Positions 11,001-23,205 of a stretch of DNA of 64,000 nucleotides are shown piece after piece. A program made the position numbers and the translations under genes. The stretch's first letter is position 1, and each line of letters opens with the position of its first letter. Below the pieces are notes generated by a model. That model was not told where the DNA came from. It saw only the letters and a program-made list of their open reading frames with translations, and did no database searches. The DNA lies in NCBI GenBank assembly GCA_051942205.1, contig JAVECO010000030.1, positions 1 to 64,000 on the forward strand. Reading direction: 5' to 3'. The stretch is from Coniocarpon cinnabarinum. Lineage: Eukaryota.

Positions 11001-14000
11001 GTCTGGAGTCGGAAACGCACGAGTACGAATGGCATTCAGAGTTCCACATGCCCTCAGGCACATCTGTAACACTTTCAGATGACTTCTCCTTTCGAAATTA
11101 TACCCTCAGAACGTTTCACTCCCGGTCAAAGGAATGGGTCATGAGAGCTATGAACCTTGCTCCTCTTGACGTGAAAGGTCTCTTGCAGACATACCTCTCG
11201 AATTATACTGAGGATGAAGCCATTGGTCACATGTCTCTCGGTCGGTCATTCGCTTTGGAAATGGGTGCTGCTATACCGCAGACAGACTACAGACTGGGTG
11301 CTATTGAGACAAACTCGATGGCTATTGATACAGCATCTGATTTTGTAGCGCAATATACGAGCCGACAGGAATACCGCTTCACCGACCCTGTGAAGCTTGA
11401 CAAGCTTGACACCCAACATGCCATTCAACTACACGATCATCTCTCGAAAGTAAAGGATACCGATGCCGCTTCAGTGACCTCTGAAGACGCTGTGATCGAC
11501 GCCGTCCGGCAGCAAAGCAACTTCAATGTTCGCAGGGCGTTGGAAGACATTGACCGGCGCATCCAGAACGGCGAACAAATTGACATGGTATCGTTACGCG
11601 AAGCACTCCGACTGGCAGCTTCCCTGCTTTGCCGACTAGACGCAGACGAAGACAAAAGCATCATTCGTCTCTTCGTCAAAATTCCTTTTGATGTATTCAC
11701 CAAGCACTCGATTCGACTGGGTCTCTCTCTTTGGATGGGAGTGATCAAAGAGAACGAGTTGCTGGAAGCACCCGTTATCGTTGAGGTCATCTTGAACTGG
11801 GAGCACACTATTACGAGAAGAAAGGGGCTGTTTGACACCAATTACTTGAAGGATATCTTACCCGACCCGTTTTTCGTACGCATGGATTATGCGCCCTCTG
11901 ACTATAATTTCATCCGAAAGCAACAGCAACGCGTGCATGATCGCCTTACGCCACACTTTTTAATACTTCAGTTTATTTCTAGCCACTACATGGCTGAACG
12001 ACTTAACGGCCTTTTTATGGAGACCCAAGCCTTGTCAATGATGCAAGGCTCCCTTGATACCCTGGTTGATACAGTCAGTCATCCTCTCGCACGCGAGTTG
12101 CATTTTAGCATAATTTTGTTTTCCCTGAAAGTCCTGCGTTATAGCGGTGAGTTGAGCCCAGAAGCACAAAGACTGTTCAAAGACAAGATCTTGAGCGCGG
12201 CGCTGGCGTGGTTTCGAAACGAAGCGAGGTGGAGTTTTGGCGGCAATAGAATCCAGATCAAAGCCGAGACGCATCTTCTGGCGGATGTTTCGAATGCGTT
12301 ACACGCTGTGCGCAACATTGGACCTGAAAATACACCTGAAGCTCAGAGAAGGCGAAATCGCCAAGATCTGCTGCTACACCTTCTCGAAAATGAACAAACA
12401 CGCCTGGTGGTCTGGCTTTTCCCGTTGGATCACCAAAAGCGGCACTACTTTGCGTCTGGCCAAAACAAAGTAGGTCAATTGCAGGTCAGTTTGCTGGGCC
12501 TCGTCGAGACGGCTTGGGACGAAGACGCATCTCTGGCCATCAATTTGACAGTGCGCTTCCCTTCCGATACCATGGTGAAAGCTGTGCGAAGATGGATATT
12601 GAAACATCCGGAGCATGCCCGCCATGACCCTCGGGGCGTGAGACTCATGCTCGGCACATCACTGCCAAATGACGTGGGCCCTCAGCTGCAGCACTTGATG
12701 TCCTGGGCACCTGTCGATCCCATCTCAGCAGTAACATTCCTCCTGCCTGCTTACGGAAATCATCCCATGATCGTTCAGTACGCTATGACATCTTTACAGT
12801 ATCACGATGTCGAGGATGTCACCTTCTTCTACGTCCCCCAGATTGTTCAGTCGCTGCGATATGATGCTCTTGGTCACATTGAGGACTTCATTGTTAAGAC
12901 TGCAAATGTCTCTCAACTGTTTGCTCATCAGATCATCTGGAATATCAAGGCCAATTCGTATCTCGACGAAGATGCGACTGAGCCTGATCCTATGAAGCCC
13001 AAGCTTGACAAGGTCCTCAACCGGCTCGTCGACTCTTTCGCAGGCAAAGACCGAGAGTTTTATGAGCGCGAGTTTGACTTCTTCAATGAAGTGACCGGCG
13101 TCTCAGGCAAGCTCCGTCCATTCCTCAAAGCCAGCAAACCCGAGAAGAAACAGAAGATCGAAGAAGAACTCCGCAAGATCAAGATCGACCCGGGCGTTTA
13201 TCTGCCCTCAAATCCAGACGGTGTGGTCGTTGGCATCGACCGGTCTTCTGGCAAGCCTCTTCAGTCCCACGCCAAGACCCCCTACATGGCGACCTTCCGC
13301 ATCCGCAAAGAGCGTCAAGTCGATCCAGAAGAAGAGAAGACCGAGCAGCAGCCGACGACACCTGCTGCGCCGACTCAAAGCCCGGTAAGCCCCATGAAGC
13401 ACGCCGAGCAGCTCGAACATCAACACGCCAAGACCAGTTCTTCAACCACTGCGACTTCGAAACCGTCCAACACGTACGAGATCTGGCAATCGGCCATCTT
13501 CAAAGTCGGGGACGACTGCCGCCAGGACATTCTCGCCCTGCAGATGATCAGCTGCTTCCGTGGCATCTTCGCCCACGTTGGTCTCCCCGTCTACGTCTTC
13601 CCCTACCGCGTCACGGCCACCGCGCCCGGCTGCGGCGTCATTGACGTCCTCCCTCGGACCATTTCCCGCGACATGCTCGGCCGCGAAGCTGTCAACGGTC
13701 TCTACCCCTGGTTCGTCTCCCGCTTCGGCAGCGAAAGCAGTCCGCGCTTCCAAGCTGCGCGTGCCGAGTTTGTGAAGAGTCTGGCTGCTTACAGCATCAT
13801 CTCCTATCTCATGCAGTTCAAGGACCGGCACAATGGGAACATCATGTTTGATGAGGACGGCCATATTCTGCACATCGACTTTGGCTTCTGCTTTGATATT
13901 TCGCCGGGCGGGGTGCGCTTCGAGCGCGCCCCCTTTAAGTTGACCAAGGAAATGCTCTCAGTCATGGGCGGTTCGACGGAGACACAGGCGTTCCGCTGGT

Positions 14001-14263
14001 TTGAGGAGCTCTGTGTGAAAGCCTTCCTTGCGTGTCGCCAGTACGTCGATCAGCTCAGCAACGTCGTCCTCTGCATGCTCGACAGCGGCCTGCCGTGTTT
14101 CAAACCGGTCACGATCCGCCATTTCCGGGAACGCTTTGTGCTAGACAAGGACGAGCGGCAGGCCGCTGAGTTTGTGCGGTTCTTGGTGAAGAAGAGCCTG
14201 GACAATAAGATGACGTATGTGTATGATGAGTTTCAGCTGCTGACGAATGGAATCCCGTTCTAA
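8084..14263 (+). CDS. STT4: Phosphatidylinositol 4-kinase (type III alpha); join(8084..8458,~8513..14263)
   Basis: 1886-aa ORF with PIK helical domain (FFYVPQIVQSLRYD), kinase motifs PLQSHAKTP, AIFKVGDDCRQD, KDRHNGN, HIDFG, C-terminal GIPF. Upstream exon joined via GTAAGA donor at 8459 (acceptor 8503 or 8512, both in frame). Confidence 0.96.
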
Positions 14264-14704
14264 GGGCTGTTGGCCGCGGCAGGGGAGGGGTTTGAGTAGA
14301 GGAGAGGAGGAATGAGACAGGTGAAGTGAGGCAAGGTGAGGTGGAGATACCCTTGTGTAATACTTATCGTTGAACAGCGGCATTGCATATTCACGTCTCG
14401 ATTTCCTGACTCGAGTGTCTGTGACATCGTTGCCACCGTAGTCGATTTGCAGATGTCTCGGCAAGTGGCCACGTGGGTCTCAGCGCGTGTGGTACCATCG
14501 GAATGCAATCTGCACAACACGCGCCAGCACTTGCATATCTTCGCCACTGAGGCCCGCCACGCTCCTCTCACCTTCACGCATGTCCTCTGCACACGTTCCC
14601 TTCTTTGCTCGTTCGTCCGTCGCTCGTTATACCATCGGCTCGCTATGGCTGCCCGTGACCACTCCTTCTGAATCAAGTCGCCCTGTGATGCATTCGCTTC
14701 GACG

Positions 14705-17523
14705 ATGAGGCACTCCTTCGCCGTTTCCACGTTCTTTTCTGTTCTCGCTGTCGTGACGGCAAGCGCCAATGCGCAATATACCTCCTTCGTAACGGTACGT
14801 CCTCTTTCACTCCCCAATCTCCATCCCGAAACCACATCTTCCTAAATACCCATTTCATCCTCAAGCCGCTCATCCAAGACGCTCATCCCAGCCTCTCATA
14901 CAACTTTCGCGCCCATCCTCATGACTCTTCAATTTCTATCACACGCACACGCACGCGCGTCTCGCGATCAAGCAATACATCCCCAGCAAATAGACACTCG
15001 CAGTAAAGACAAAGCAAAAACAAGACGATGAAGCAACACGGGAAGAACAAAAGGAGACTGACGAAAGCAGCGACCCAATGACACAGTCGTGACGATCGAC
15101 ATTTTGGAAAACTCGCAACCCTTGGAATTAGCAGAGGGTTATTTCTTTTTGACGCCGATTGTGAATGAGGGACCGGCGTGGGGGCCTCAGGTATTTGATA
15201 GTCAGGGGGTGAGTCTTTTCTTCTTTCTCTTTCTTTCTGAGATGGACATTTTAAGTGGAGGGGTGTGTATGGTCAGGTTGGGGGTGGGTAGTGAGGTAAG
15301 AGGACTGATTGTGGGATAAGAAAGGGGAAGATGAGGTGGCGTGAGGTGAGGTGAGGTGAGGTGAGGTAAGGTGAGGTGAGGTGACGTGATGTAATGCCTG
15401 AGTATGGCATTACGTGGGAATGGGCTCAGGTGGATGCGAAGCAAGTCGCGGAATGGGTCAATATCATCAGGATGGATACAAAAACGATGTAATTTCTAGA
15501 TGTTAGGACCAACGTCAAAGTGAGGGAAACGAGGAATGGTCCTTGGCGATAAAGAGCCAGTAGCCGGGATTCAGAAACAAGAAGACAGGAGTCAAAGCCT
15601 TTGCAAATAAGGATTGAGATTCTTCTCTGACACATCGAGTGTGAGCGGGTGACGAGTGACATTCTCAAACCTGCGTCTGAGTGAAGCGTGTCTGGGAAAG
15701 GAGCTCGAGCGACAGTAAAGAGGACAAGAGAAGCAATGAGAGGGTTTGGACTGACGAGATATAGAATCTGATATTCACAGGTCAGCACCTCGTTCAGAAT
15801 CGCGCAAATGGCGCCACTATATGCAGTGAGTCATTCGCGCCTTTCGGACTCCAAAAAAGAGAGAAGAGGGAGAGAAATCCCACTCCAGAAACAAACATCC
15901 CCTGATTCAAACACGACCTGACAGAAGGCTTTGCCATCCTCTCACCTTGTTCAACCCACCCAAGCCTTCGCAAGCTTTCAGTCCACGGGCTCATCGCTCC
16001 CAGACTACGCAGGCCAACTGACGCTCTGCTTCAACGACGGCGTCCCCGTCGAACAAACTGGCCACTCTACCGGCACCAACCGCTTCTTGAGCCCCTCATA
16101 CACCGACATCACCCCTTCCATAAACTCAAAAGGCGACCTCCGTGGCCCCGACAACCACGAAGAAAACACACCGGATGGTTCCTACCTCCTCCAAACCGTC
16201 TTCCAACCCCGTCAACTGAACCTCACATCCTACGGCGGCCCGAGCGATGGCTGGATCCTCGATGGCTGTTTCCAGCAGATATCTTTACCGAGCGGGGATC
16301 TGGAATATGAATGGTGCGCTTATGCTGCCGGGATCGCATTGAACGAGACGGCCGTGCATATGCGGCAGACGGGTATGATTACCAATCCAGTTGCGGGGAA
16401 CGGATCGCCTTCCGCGCCTTGGGATCCTTATCATATTAATTCTGTGGCGCGGGATGCGGTGACAGGTGATTATGTGGTCAGTCTAAGGCATTGTAACGCC
16501 TTGGTCAGGATTTGTGGGGCGGGATTGCAGAAGAGTCCGGAGTGTAGTTCTCTGAATGGGACAAAAAATGGTCAAGTGGCCTGGCGGTTGGGTGGCGCAC
16601 GGAGTGATTTTGGGGATGTGGATTTTGGGTTCAGCGGGTAAGTTGATGACCTTCGCGTCGAAACTGTGAAGAAGCCTGTCGAACATATTTGCGGAAGATG
16701 CCAAGAGTGCTGGATTGGAAATGTGCTGACCAAGTGTAGACAACACATGGTTCGCTTTCATAACGGATACCTGGGTAACAACGATAACACAACTCTGAGT
16801 ATCTTCAATGATGCATCGGATGGTGCGACGAGTACAGCGGACCACTCATCGGGTCTAATCTTCACGGTCGATTATGCCAGTCGCACTGCTAGATTGGTGG
16901 CTAACTACTCCCTTCCCGATCAATACACCATGCTGTCGGTCAGCCAAGGCTCCTTCCAGCTGCTGCCAAATGGCAATACACTCATCGGATGGGGCTCACA
17001 GCCGTACTACTCTGAGTTCAATCAGGCAGGAGAGCTGCTGTATCATGCTGGCTTTGGCTTGGGTGTGCATGGTATGCAGAATTATCGTGCTTTCAAATAT
17101 CCATGGGTTGGAGCGCCGCAGACACAACCAGATCTGGTGGCGTATGCGGGCAATTGTTCAGGCGAGGTATACGCGTACGTGAGCTGGAATGGTGCGACGG
17201 AGGTGGACTCTTGGATGTTCCATGGATCAAACTCGTCGTCGGTGGGCTCCGGAGGATGGCGAGTTCTGGCGCGTGTGCCGAAGGAAGGCTTCGAGACGGC
17301 GACGTTTCTGAGTGGTGCCGTTACGGGCTCTGCTGCATATGTGAGAGCCCAAGCCATGAACAGAGATGGCAGGGTGATTGGCGTCAGTGACGTCGTACAG
17401 ACATTTGTGCCGAATCAATTGGCTGCTGCGAGCTATAGTTGCTCCGCGATGGGTTGTCGAGCAGGAACAGACTATGTCAGGTTGGCAAACTTGAATGCAG
17501 CAAGTGCCTGTAGCAGTCAATGA
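14705..17523 (+). CDS. Secreted arylsulfotransferase (ASST, Arylsulfotran_2-like); join(14705..14794,15071..15208,15765..15825,16004..16637,16740..17523)
   Basis: Signal peptide MRHSFAVSTFFSVLAVVTASANA; four phase-compatible GT..AG introns; motifs WDPYHINSV, SLRH, GQHMVRF, SQGSFQLLPNGNTLIGWG, YRAFKYPWVG, VSWNGATEV, GFET. Confidence 0.87.
15341..15390 (+). repeat. (GTGAG)n pentanucleotide microsatellite, ~10 units, inside ASST intron 2
   Basis: gtgag x5, gtaag, gtgag x2, gtgac, gtgat read directly; a shorter degenerate copy at ~14320-14347. Confidence 0.9.
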
Positions 17524-18495
17524 CAAGCCGCCGATGAGCCATTCCAGAGTCTGGTGTGACAAGCTCAGTAAAGGGAAGGGAAATTCAAGCGAAAGTTTTG
17601 CCCTGAGGGTCTCCAGGATAAAAAGCATCTCCCCTGAACCCATGTTTCGGATTGATTCTTCCAGCTCTACGACAGTCGGCAATTCGACAAAGGGGTTCAA
17701 ATACTTCCAGAGAGCTATTCCTGCAGGCATAGTGAAGAGCCTGCCATGGAATGACTCGACATCACCATCGTCGCACGCAAGGTATGCTTGACCGACGTAG
17801 TAGATCCACTCGTCTCTCTTCTCCTTGGTCATAGGCTCCCAACAGCGAGTGCCGAGGATCTGCACAGACGCATCGTCGTCGTTGCCCATTTCGGCGTCTT
17901 CGTCTTGGGCGCGCTCTTGGCCATCACTGGAAGTTCCCAGCTGTTCTGTGTCCTCTTCATCTCGTCTAACGGGCCTGGAAGTCGGGCGAATAGCTCGGTA
18001 ATCTTCGAGGCTTCTTCCACCCTGATGTGCCACGTCGTCGATACCAGAAACGCTATCCTCGTTGTCATATATGCCCTGTTCCTCCTCCGCATTGCGTGAT
18101 CGCCACAGCGCATGACTTTCCGCATACAGCTTCTTAACCCATGGAGCGTCTGGATCTGCCAATCCAAGCTCTGGTCGGTCGAATATCCACTCCAGTGGAA
18201 CCTGATCGTCGTCCGCACACGTATGCTCGTCTTCACTCAAGCTGCTTGGCGATCTCGCACGATCCTTTTCACCAGCAGCAGGCGTCTCACACCGCTCGAG
18301 CCACGACGCTACTCTTTCGTCTTTCAAAGCGCGCCCACATAGTCTCAAATGGCGTAACATAGGCTCAACACCGTTGACGATTTTGGTCGTACAATGGAGA
18401 CATCTGGCATAACCGGGAAATCCAAAGTCGCTGCCGACCTTGGTGATGAAGAAGTGATTAGGGAGCCAAATGGTGGGTTCCTGACGAGCAGCCAT
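17227..18495 (-). CDS. BED-zinc-finger protein resembling the N-terminal half of a hAT transposase (no catalytic domain); 3' end uncertain
   Basis: IWLPNHF...ARCLHC..x13..RHLRLC (BED-like C2HC); acidic linker; MTKEKRDEW..VGQAY...LFTMPAGIALWKYLNPFVELPTVVEL resembles the hAT DNA-binding/dimerisation segment. Confidence 0.6.
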   Translation of the reverse strand: MAARQEPTIWLPNHFFITKVGSDFGFPGYARCLHCTTKIVNGVEPMLRHLRLCGRALKDERVASWLERCETPAAGEKDRARSPSSLSEDEHTCADDDQVPLEWIFDRPELGLADPDAPWVKKLYAESHALWRSRNAEEEQGIYDNEDSVSGIDDVAHQGGRSLEDYRAIRPTSRPVRRDEEDTEQLGTSSDGQERAQDEDAEMGNDDDASVQILGTRCWEPMTKEKRDEWIYYVGQAYLACDDGDVESFHGRLFTMPAGIALWKYLNPFVELPTVVELEESIRNMGSGEMLFILETLRAKLSLEFPFPLLSLSHQTLEWLIGGLSLTATGTCCIQVCQPDIVCSCSTTHRGATIARSSQLIRHKCLYDVTDANHPAISVHGLGSHICSRARNGTTQKRRRLEAFLRHTRQNSPSSGAHRRRV

Positions 18496-18768
18496 GGTTA
18501 GCTCGAAGCTTATGCAAAGTAGTCGTGAACGAATTCCAATTGTTTTCCAAGGATTGCCTTGCGTTTAAGACTAGATCGCGCCCCCTTGTAAGGACAAATT
18601 ATCGAGGAACACGTTAAAACGCGAAGTTCACACGCAGCCCTGTGACTGTCAGGTGAATTCTTGAAATGAACTTGGCAGAAGAACGGTCGATAGCGAGGCG
18701 AGTATCATAGTCCTCTGTATTCGCTTTCTAACAATAAGCCGTTACCCAATGCCATCGCACCTCACAAA

Positions 18769-21700
18769 TCAGTGCCCAGGTGCCACACTCGGTATCGTCA
18801 GAGGCCCATACTTCACGGTGCTGGGACCTCCTGCAAGCTGCCCATTTGCCTGATCCGATTGCACAAAGAAGTCGACAGCCAGGCTCACCGCGTGGCCAGG
18901 CCCGCCTGCACCAACGCCGTCTTTGACGCTCCCAGCTGCTGACCCCGCCACCGTGCTTTGCCCAAAGGCCTCGCTCACGGCTTCAGGATCATATGACACA
19001 ACAGCCACGTAGTTGCGTCGTCCCATGAGTCTCTTCATTTCGCGGCTTTGACCAGTCACATCTGTGCCAAAGACATCAAGCATGTCTTCTTTCGTGTCTG
19101 TTGGCTGGCCATCGTGACGGCTGCGTTGGCCGTTAGGTGGCACGTACAGAGGCTTTGCAGAACCGCTGTTAGAGTTTCCAGAATGGTGTGGATGGAGCAT
19201 GCGAAGCACATAGGCTGAAGGTGGCGCGTTGACGACGGACGAGGAGATGATCTGAAACATTGCTTTGTGCGAAGCTGAGGGCGGCGCAACAGACGGGTCA
19301 GAGAGAAGTCCGGCACCACAACAGTTGGTAGCACCAGAGAAGAATGACATGCGAAGCGACTTGGTAGAAGCAATGCCTTGGAGCGTGCGAACTAGATAGG
19401 TCCGCTCAAGATCCTGTGGGGATCAATGTCAGTAGGTGCAGGAAATAAAGAATGCTGTAATGAACTCACCTTGCTTTCATGGGTCCACATATCCCGCAGC
19501 TCGTCGAGGAAGTCAATCTCGCCAAATGGACTCAGCACGTTGCTCATAAGCCCGCTCTTGCCAACAGCCTTCTTCACACTGTTGAAACCCTCACCAACAA
19601 CTCCTTTGGCGCCAACAATACCTGCCACGCCTGCCGTGACTTTGCCAAGAGCGTTGAACGTCCCCGTCACAGCCTTCTTGCCTGTCGCCATAGTCTGTGC
19701 AAATTGTTCAGCCGTCTCCAACCTGGGATAGACGAGCGGCACCGGAACCATCCAGATGCAATGCTGTACATGTGGCGGGAGGACCGCCACTTTCGGAAAG
19801 AGGCCTTGATACGTTGGTCCAGCCATGACTTGGTAAGGATTGCGCTCCGATCGACAATCAGGCCCAACCACCACGACCGCTGGTCCAAGGTATTTCAAGA
19901 AATGCCAGCCAGTTCCTGTGATAGTGAATAAATCCATATCGTTCGTAACGTTCCGCAAGATCTGCAGGGTCGTGTGATGTTGGAACAGCAAGTACAGCTC
20001 AATGCCAATACGCCCAATGTTTTTGAACATGTTGCTGAATTGCATGTGTTCTGGATAGCTGCCAAACCCATCAAAGACATCGTGGTCATCCACCGTGAGT
20101 ACATGCGGTATCTGAGCGAAGGCCTCGCGTAAGTGTGGCTGGTCGAAATGCGAAGTGTAATAATGGAAATAAGAATGAGTGACGTCGTCTTCGAGTTGAG
20201 CGGTCCAAGGAGCGTTTTTTCTGTTGTCTTTACCGCTCGTCGCTGTCCATTGGCGCAGGGCGGGTATCTCTCTCCATAGTCTGTCAGCGTAGATCTGATT
20301 ACCCATGCCGAGTTGGCAATGAAAGCCACCAACTTCTACATGTTTCGTCATGATGTCGCGCCACATGTAGCCAATGCCTCCAATTTTCTGCCGCTCATTG
20401 GGCGAGACATTGAGTGAGAAGTCATTACCGCTATGTGCGATGAATCTCCAGCTGGTTTCGTATTTCGCGGCCACGAGGAATTCATAACGTGTGCATCCGA
20501 GATGAGACGTAATGGCGTAGGTCCACCTGGCCTCGTGATCATCCTCCATTTTGAGATCGATATCGTAGCGGTAGAACGACCAACGCTGGTGAGTGTAGAT
20601 GTGATTGGCCTTTAGCTGTCGAGGGTTAGGCGAAAGGTCTGTTGATTGATGGATATGAATAGTTGGAGGTGATTGTGCGTCTGTGACGAGCAGTATACTG
20701 CCATACCATACTCCCTGCTCACAGTCCATGTTGGTGTATCGCAAATATGGTCCAAAGTAGACTCCATTCGTTGGCGCTATTCTGTACCTCTCGACGCCCG
20801 AATTTGGCGGTGGTACGTGGAACCCTGCTGCAGTTGGTGAGGTTATGGTAGAAATCCCCGTCATGACACTACCGGGACGATCGGGATACCCAGCAGACGG
20901 CAGTGGCTTGCCAGCAAACGTGCTAGCCGTAGGAGATGCAAAAGGATTGTTCACAATCGTGCCAGTGGGCGATAGCGGAACCTGATCTCCAGCATTAAGT
21001 GGTGTGGGACCTTTTGGAAACTCCCACTGCGTCGCTTGAGTAGGCAAATGAATGTAGTAATATTGACCCGAGTTTGGATCCATGTGGGCTATCCATCCTT
21101 CTGGAAGTGGTGGAGGTGCTTGACTTGGCGTGGGGGATGCAGTTTGCGGCCTGTCTTGCGCTGCCATGTATTGAGACCCGTCGGATGGATGAGTCTGGTG
21201 ATGCACGGGTTGAGGAGTGTTATGATCATTCGCAAACGCCGGGTGGGTTTCGAGATTCGGTGGCTGCTGCGTTTGAGGTACGGCACCGCCAACGACGGCT
21301 CCTGCCCCTGTCCCTCCAGTGGCAGCCGCATTGGCAGCCGCGGTTGATATGCTCAGACCTTGCCGGTTATTTGCCGCAGGTCGTTGTTTTTCTTGTGGGT
21401 AGCCTTGAGACTGAGGAGTAACACTTGAGTATGCGGGTGGCGGTTCTTCGCTGACTTGCAACCGCTCAATGTCGCTTGCGAGTTCATTGTGATTTGGTCG
21501 TGGTGTTTGATCACCGGGGCCAGAAGATCCTTGAGCATCCTGCCGCACTGCGCCAGTCTGTGTTGCGCCCGCTTGACTACTTGACGCCCACGGGCGCTGT
21601 TGCTGCTGCTGAGACTCTTGGTTCCATTGTTGCTCCTGCTGACGTTGCTGCGAAGCTAGTCTCTGTGCTTCCAGGGCGTTGAGCGTATTTGGTCCGGCAA

Positions 21701-22430
21701 TCCCAGCAGCAGCGTATCTTGCTTCGATTCCCCCGGAAGATGGTATCTCGACAGGTGTCTCCGGTGGCGGCGGAGAGCCGCGCGCCGCTTTAGTGGTTGA
21801 TACAGATGACACAGATGTCAATCTGTTCACCCCGGCAGCATTGGGTATTCTCAGCTCCCCGCCAGTTGGCTGTGGAGGTGGGTAATAGTATTGACCAGCC
21901 GGTCTTTGCGCTTCTGGGTGGTTGCCGGCTGTCTTCTGATACATTGCATCTTTGTCAGGAGTGTCTGGCCCTGGCGAATCCGGCAAAGGCTTCGATGTAT
22001 TCTGACCGGCACCGTGTCCGCCTTGTGCATGCTGGCTCGTCCCCGGTCCACCCACAGAGGGGCCCTGAGAGGCGTTGGGAACATAGTGCGGTCTTTGATA
22101 GGCTTGTTGCGCTGTCGCAGGGCTGCCGTAGCGGGCACCGGATGCGCCACTGCTTGATTGTTGATTTGGACCAGGACGCGAGGCAGACCCTTGCGCGCGG
22201 TCATCTGGATACGGCAGAGGACGATTGGGAGGTGGAGAAGTCGGCTCTGTGTAGCCTACAGGGTACGGAGGCTGCGGACGAGCGTTGGGCGCCCCCGAGG
22301 AGCTCTGGTTCGGCGGAGGAGGAGAGTTCTGGGGTGATTTGTTGATGCGCAACGGGCTGGGCACGGTGTTTGGTTTCGCAGCGGGCTGCTGAAGGAACAG
22401 CTCCTCGTCTGCATGTCCACCGCGATCCAT
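18769..22430 (-). CDS. WW-domain + PhoD-like phosphatase-domain protein; complement(join(18769..19413,19470..22430))
   Basis: Pro/Gln-rich N-terminus; WW domain LPEGWIAHMDPNSGQYYYIHLPTQATQWEFP; PhoD-like GNQIYAD and DDHDVFDGFGS; 56-nt intron 19414-19469 joins THESK|DLERTYL. Confidence 0.88.
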
Positions 22431-23205
22431 AATTGGCAGATGTTTCCAGCTGGTGACTCCACCGCGACTTCAGCAAGGCTATGGGTTACCTCCTCATTCT
22501 CAGTGGCTGCCAAGTCTTCATCTGCGCTACGAGACCTTGTCTGGAAGTCGACGTGATGTGGGGTTTGGAGGCGCAGTACCTCCGCGAGGTCGTAGTACGT
22601 ACTTGGGGACCTCAAGCAGGGCGACGCAAAGCGATGCACGGCGTCGACGATGAAGACTGCGCAGACTCGAAGGCTACGGGCGAGGCTCTTCTTTCTATGG
22701 ACTACCTGTGCATGACCTATTTCGTAGTTGCCAGCGTCGCTGATCACATCCCCAAGCGCCGCCGCGCCGATCAGGTCGACACAGCACATTGTCACCTCGC
22801 CCTCTCATTGGACCATCCGCTGTGCCGCACAAGAGCGTCAGGCCCCATGCTCGCTGTGGTTCGAGGCTCCATTGGCACGGCCGACGTCTTAGCAACTAGA
22901 CTGGATTTGATGCTGTGGTCAAAGAATGGGTTTCGTCCTGTGGCTCCTCTCCTGCTGTGTTGGTGTCGGCGACCCGAATCGCAGGTTGGCAGTGACATGG
23001 AATGGTGCGGAGGAGGGGCTGTTGTGCCGCCGACGGCACTCTTCTAGCGCGTCCACTATTTCACCTCATTTCCTGGGTTCATCTCTTTCCTCTTCTTTTT
23101 GACGTCTCGTCCGTGATGTATTCGTACACTTCGTCTATTGGTCCCTTGATGGATCCGGTCATCGCTCCGACGCCGTTCGCTATGCCATTCATTCGTTCTT
23201 CGAGC

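Noticed and set aside
13310..13480. Low-complexity ~50-aa insert in the Stt4 kinase N-lobe and a GC3 rise in the 3' part of the gene
   Set aside because: A variable loop at this position is common in fungal Stt4; no intein or intron signatures.
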